DNA from: Octopus sinensis
Taxonomy: Eukaryota
Length of the DNA: 64,000 nt
Reading direction: 5' to 3'
NCBI RefSeq assembly: GCF_006345805.1
Contig: NC_042998.1
Coordinates: 20,708,001-20,772,000 of the forward strand
Part shown: positions 61,501 to 64,000 of the stretch, in pieces
How positions within the stretch are numbered: position 1 is the first letter of the stretch
How the letters are laid out: the number at the start of each line of letters is the position of its first letter
Notes under the pieces: generated by a model
Told to the model about the DNA's origin: nothing
Database searches by the model: none
The model's input: only the letters and a program-made list of their open reading frames with translations
Translations under genes and position numbers: made by a program

Positions 61501-62827
61501 GCCGGTGGCACATGAAAAAACATTTGAGCGTGGTCATTGCCAGTGCTGCTGGACTGGCTCCTGTGCAGGTGCTACATAAAAAACACCATTTGAGCGTGGC
61601 CGTTGCCAGTACCGCCTGACTGGCCCTCATGCCAGTGGCACGTAAAAGCACCCACTACACTCTTGGAGTGGTTGGTGTTAGGAAGGGCATCCAGCTGTAG
61701 AAACACTGCCAGATCAAGATTGGAGCCTGGTGCAGCCATCTGGTTCGCCAGTCCTCAGTCAAATCATCCAACCCATACTAGCATGGAAAGCAGACGTTAA
61801 ACGATGATGATGATGAATAATAATAATTTTTAATTTTAGACACAAGACCAACAATTTTGAGAAGTGACATCGATTTCAATGACTTTGATCTCCACACCTG
61901 ACAGTTATTTTAACATCTCTATAAAGATGAAAGCAAAGCCAACTTCAGGATCGGAACTCAGAAAGTAAAGTGCCAGAATAAATACTGCAAAGCATTCTTG
62001 CTGATGCTTTAATGATTCTGTGAATCCAGTTAATAGCGAACATACCAGTGCCACGTAAGGAGCACCTGTGCTGGTACCATGTAAAGAGCACTCGTATCAG
62101 TGCTACATAAAACAGCACTCATGTTGGCACCATGTAGAAACCATGTCAAAACAAACAACCGGGGTCTGGTGCAGCCCTCCAGCTTGCCAGCTTCTGTCAA
62201 ACTGTCTAATCCATGTCAGCATCGAAAATGGATGTCAAAAGATGATGATGGTGATGATGAATAATGGAACAAGGCCAGAAATTTGAGGGAGGGGGGTCAT
62301 CATCATGATCATCATTTAACGTCCACTTTCCATGCTATTGGACGATTTGATTGAGGACTGACAAACCAGATGTCTGCACCAGGCTCCAATCTGATCTGGC
62401 AGAGTTTCTACAGCTGGATGCCCTTCCTAAAGCCAACCACTCCGAGAGTGTAGTGGGTTCTTTTACGTGCCACCGGCACGAGGGCCAGTCAAGTGGTACT
62501 GACAATGGCCTTGCTTGAATGTTTTTTTTATGTGCCACCTGCACAGGAGCCAGTTCAGCGGCACTGACAATGACCACGCTCAAATGTTTTTTTCACAACG
62601 CTGGTCAATTAAATCAACCCCAGTATTTCATTGGCACTTTATTTTATCAGCCTGAACAGAGATGCAAGTTAAAACTGATCCAAATGGAATATGAACTCAG
62701 AATGTAAAGAGCATAAATTGATAAAACAATAATAAAAGGATATTTACCAGACAGCAAAATACTCGACACAACAGTTTTTAAGCACCGCCTAAGGTAAGCT
62801 GTAGCTGCCACCACGCCAGACTCACTC
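37547..62827 (-). CDS. FHIP2A: FHF complex subunit HOOK-interacting protein 2 (FHIP2/FAM160B family), 3' part (9 exons joined; 5' end outside window)
   Basis: join(62827-62748, 61168-61059, 60690-60498, 58575-58125, 57964-57874, 56748-56611, 53285-53145, 50462-50359, 37667-37547) = 1429 nt with all GT-AG introns and consistent phases, ending in TGA. Motifs [74 protein letters not shown] and VIVLEEFCKELSAIAFVK match FAM160B1/B2 as recalled. Probably the single invertebrate FHIP2 orthologue. Confidence 0.95.
37752..38119. repeat. Long interrupted (GT)n/(CA)n microsatellite
   Basis: About 370 bp of GT repeats with GTT/GGT interruptions. Confidence 0.97.
41500..41690. mobile_element. piggyBac-type MITE
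   Basis: TTAA|CCCTTTCGTT...AACGAAAGGG|TTAA. Confidence 0.85.
42047..42216 (-). mobile_element. 5'-truncated RTE LINE with 13-bp TSD
   Basis: WNREWLAISSGLAQDCRAWATMVRDA*; ACAAGT tandem tail; TSD AGGTGTCATGATG at 42034-42046 and 42217-42229. Confidence 0.85.
42828..43212 (+). mobile_element. Non-autonomous Helitron (same subfamily as 3288)
   Basis: A|TC start, hairpin, CTAG|T end. Confidence 0.82.
43258..43465 (-). pseudogene. LINE AP-endonuclease fragment (RTE-like)
   Basis: RVLRGADRDSDHKMV motif. Confidence 0.7.
43545..43945 (-). mobile_element. SINE family B
   Basis: Reverse-complement full-length copy. Confidence 0.88.
44292..44324 (-). CDS. FHIP2A: Candidate 33-nt cassette micro-exon of FHIP2 (adds MRHESVPPIFC)
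   Basis: tgtctgcag|CATGCGGCATGAAAGTGTCCCGCCAATTTTCTG|GTAAGT; symmetric phase 2-2, in frame, no stop codon. Confidence 0.6.
44630..44823. repeat. 41-bp minisatellite, about 4.7 copies
   Basis: Unit starts at 44630, 44671, 44712, 44753, 44794. Confidence 0.95.
45451..46246. mobile_element. piggyBac-type MITE carrying an internal ~570-bp insertion
   Basis: TTAA|CTCTTTAGTGTT...AACACTAAAGGG|TTAA. Confidence 0.75.
45645..46215 (+). mobile_element. Probable solo LTR
   Basis: TG...CA ends, imperfect 4-bp flanks CATC/CATT, CpG-rich 5' half, AATAAA at about 46071. Confidence 0.5.
49820..50064. repeat. Imperfect inverted repeat of an interspersed element (single copy at about 42375-42530)
   Basis: atattctgttgtgt...ttgcatcttgc / gcaagatgcaa...acacaacagaatat. 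Confidence 0.75.
50359..50462 (-). CDS. FHIP2A: FHIP2 exon (VVSDIKSRKKSKANFSQMLQTTRKLLINEHKTID)
   Basis: acceptor ctttgtag|GTT, donor AG|GTAAGC; phase 0 to 2. Confidence 0.88.
51857..52275 (-). mobile_element. SINE family B
   Basis: Reverse-complement full-length copy. Confidence 0.88.
52692..52999. repeat. AT-rich inverted repeat (~140-bp arms, 29-nt loop)
   Basis: Arms 52692-52831 and 52861-52999. Confidence 0.92.
53145..53285 (-). CDS. FHIP2A: FHIP2 exon ([30 protein letters not shown]...LQK)
   Basis: acceptor tttttgcag|AGT, donor AAG|GTCAGT; 47 codons. Confidence 0.95.
55935..56185 (+). mobile_element. tRNA-derived SINE family D (V-domain-like gcgatggactggcgtccc)
   Basis: A box TGGCCTAGTGG, B-like GTTTCGATTCC; related tail at about 21270-21410 on minus. 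Confidence 0.7.
56611..56748 (-). CDS. FHIP2A: FHIP2 exon (FKSYENMCQDWKWP...FYEGAFLQMLFSKLSQMLHQ)
   Basis: acceptor ggacag|TTT, donor CAG|GTTTGT; 46 codons. Confidence 0.93.
57119..57540 (+). mobile_element. SINE family A, young copy with duplicated body
   Basis: Near-identical to 27359-27778. Confidence 0.9.
57874..57964 (-). CDS. FHIP2A: FHIP2 exon ([31 protein letters not shown])
   Basis: acceptor ctttgtag|T, donor CAG|GTGAGG. Confidence 0.95.
58125..58575 (-). CDS. FHIP2A: FHIP2 long low-complexity exon (S/D/Q-rich, polyQ, ends EVHKVIN)
   Basis: 451-nt open frame; acceptor aatcag|AAACC, donor AG|GTAAGG; the supplied ORF MSESDD... is internal to this exon. Confidence 0.9.
58697..59090 (+). 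mobile_element. SINE family B
   Basis: Full-length copy. Confidence 0.88.
59880..60305 (-). mobile_element. SINE family A, duplicated body
   Basis: Reverse complement of the family consensus. Confidence 0.88.
60498..60690 (-). CDS. FHIP2A: FHIP2 exon ([30 protein letters not shown]...)
   Basis: acceptor tatttgcag|ATT, donor G|GTAGGT; phase 0 to 1. Confidence 0.92.
61059..61168 (-). CDS. FHIP2A: FHIP2 exon ([37 protein letters not shown])
   Basis: acceptor ttcttgtag|AA, donor GAG|GTACTG. Confidence 0.92.
62748..62827 (-). CDS. FHIP2A: FHIP2 exon (SESGVVAATAYLRRCLKTVVSSILLS)
   Basis: acceptor ccctgcag|G, donor G|GTAAAT; phase 2 to 1. Confidence 0.88.
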
Positions 62828-63355
62828 CTGCAGGGCAAAATACATGAGGTTACTTAAGAGATAAAATCAAATTCATAGAAGGGTCACATTTTGAAGCAGA
62901 TCACAACTCATCACCAACACCGTTTCAGTGTCCATTTTTCCATGCTTGGCTGGGTCAGACAGAATTAACTGATTGAGATTTTCTAGTCATATACCTGTCT
63001 GGTCAACAACCCTTAGCTGTTTCCAAGCAAGGTAATATTTTTTTCCCATGGCCAGACGTTATTCATGGAAGACTGGAAGCAAACAGCACTGCTTGTATGA
63101 TGGTGATGCTCATTTACAACCATGATGACAAGAAATACTCCAAGATACTATGTCCAATGTACTAAGGAATCTGCCAATTCACTTGTCCTGGTGAAACTAA
63201 TTAATCCTTTTTACTATGAGCAGAAGACCTGAAATTTATGGCTTGTCAATTGCATAAGTGACGGGGGCGTAAATACACCAGCATCGGTTGCCAAGCGATG
63301 TTGGCAGGGAATAACACAGACACACAAACATATACATACATACATATACATATAT

Positions 63356-63602
63356 GTGAAAGGTAGAAGAGTCCAGTTTGCTGGACATTGTTGTAGAGCT
63401 GAAAACGAGGTAATTTCTACTCTTCTCCTCTGGAAGCTATCTGCTCGCGATACCAGAGGGCGCACACTCTCCTACCCTGATGTAATCTCCAGGGATACAG
63501 GCATCCAGCAACAGGACCTCCATAATGCTATGATGGACCGTGAAGTCTGGCGTAATATAGTAAATTCCCTCGTCTCGACCACAGTCGAACAACGATGATG
63601 AT
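63356..63602 (+). mobile_element. 5'-truncated RTE-clade LINE 3' end inserted in a family B SINE microsatellite
   Basis: RVQFAGHCCRAENEVISTLLLW...RGRTLSYPDVISRDTG...MMDREVWR; GATGAT tail. Confidence 0.8.
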
Positions 63603-63826
63603 ACACACACACACATATATATATATATAATACGACAGGCTTCTTTCAGTTTCCATCTACCAAATCCACTCACAAAGCTTTTGTTGGTCCCAGGGTTATA
63701 GTAGAAGACATTTGCCCAAGGTGCAACACAGTGGGACTGAACCTGGAATCATGTAGTTGGTAGGCAAGCTACTTACCACACAGCCACTCTTTTGATGTGA
63801 TAAAAAAATAAAATAAAATGTCCAAA

Positions 63827-64000
63827 TCTATATATATAAAGCTGAAGTTGTCTGTGTGTGTGTGGCAGGTTTGGTAGCCTTCAACTAACACTATCTCCTC
63901 TGAGACCCTGCAGTGCAAGTTGACCAAAATTAAGAGTATGATAGGAGAAGGCTTGCTCTTCATTCCGTAGAAGAAAAAATTCAAATCAGACCATGTTAAG
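63827..64000 (+). mobile_element. Non-autonomous Helitron, truncated by window edge
   Basis: Matches the 5' part of 33408-33791. Confidence 0.8.

Overview
AT-rich, repeat-dense eukaryotic genomic DNA, most likely an octopus or other coleoid cephalopod. That assignment is inferred from the recalled SINE, MITE and microsatellite repertoire, not from a database search. Two spliced protein-coding genes lie in tandem on the minus strand, reconstructed exon by exon with GT-AG junctions and consistent phases. (1) The 3' part of an FHIP2/FAM160B-family gene has 9 exons (62827 down to the stop at 37547, 475 aa), and its 5' end lies beyond the window. (2) The 5' part of PIGS (GPI transamidase subunit) has 7 exons (ATG at 25038 down to 552, 243 codons) and continues past the left edge. 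The introns and the roughly 11 kb intergenic region hold a nested transposon graveyard: several tRNA-derived SINE families, non-autonomous Helitrons, piggyBac-, hAT- and Tc1/pogo-type MITEs, decayed MULE, maT, mariner and Gypsy elements, and RTE and CR1 LINE ends. Nearly all other ORFs in the supplied track are repeat or microsatellite artefacts. The main hunt results are: a tRNA-headed SINE carrying a minimal Penelope-type hammerhead ribozyme; further hammerhead motifs, including a bidirectional fold-back pair downstream of FHIP2; an in-frame 33-nt cassette micro-exon candidate with Rbfox-type motifs in FHIP2; and many long fold-back hairpins beside exons that are potential dsRNA/ADAR substrates.
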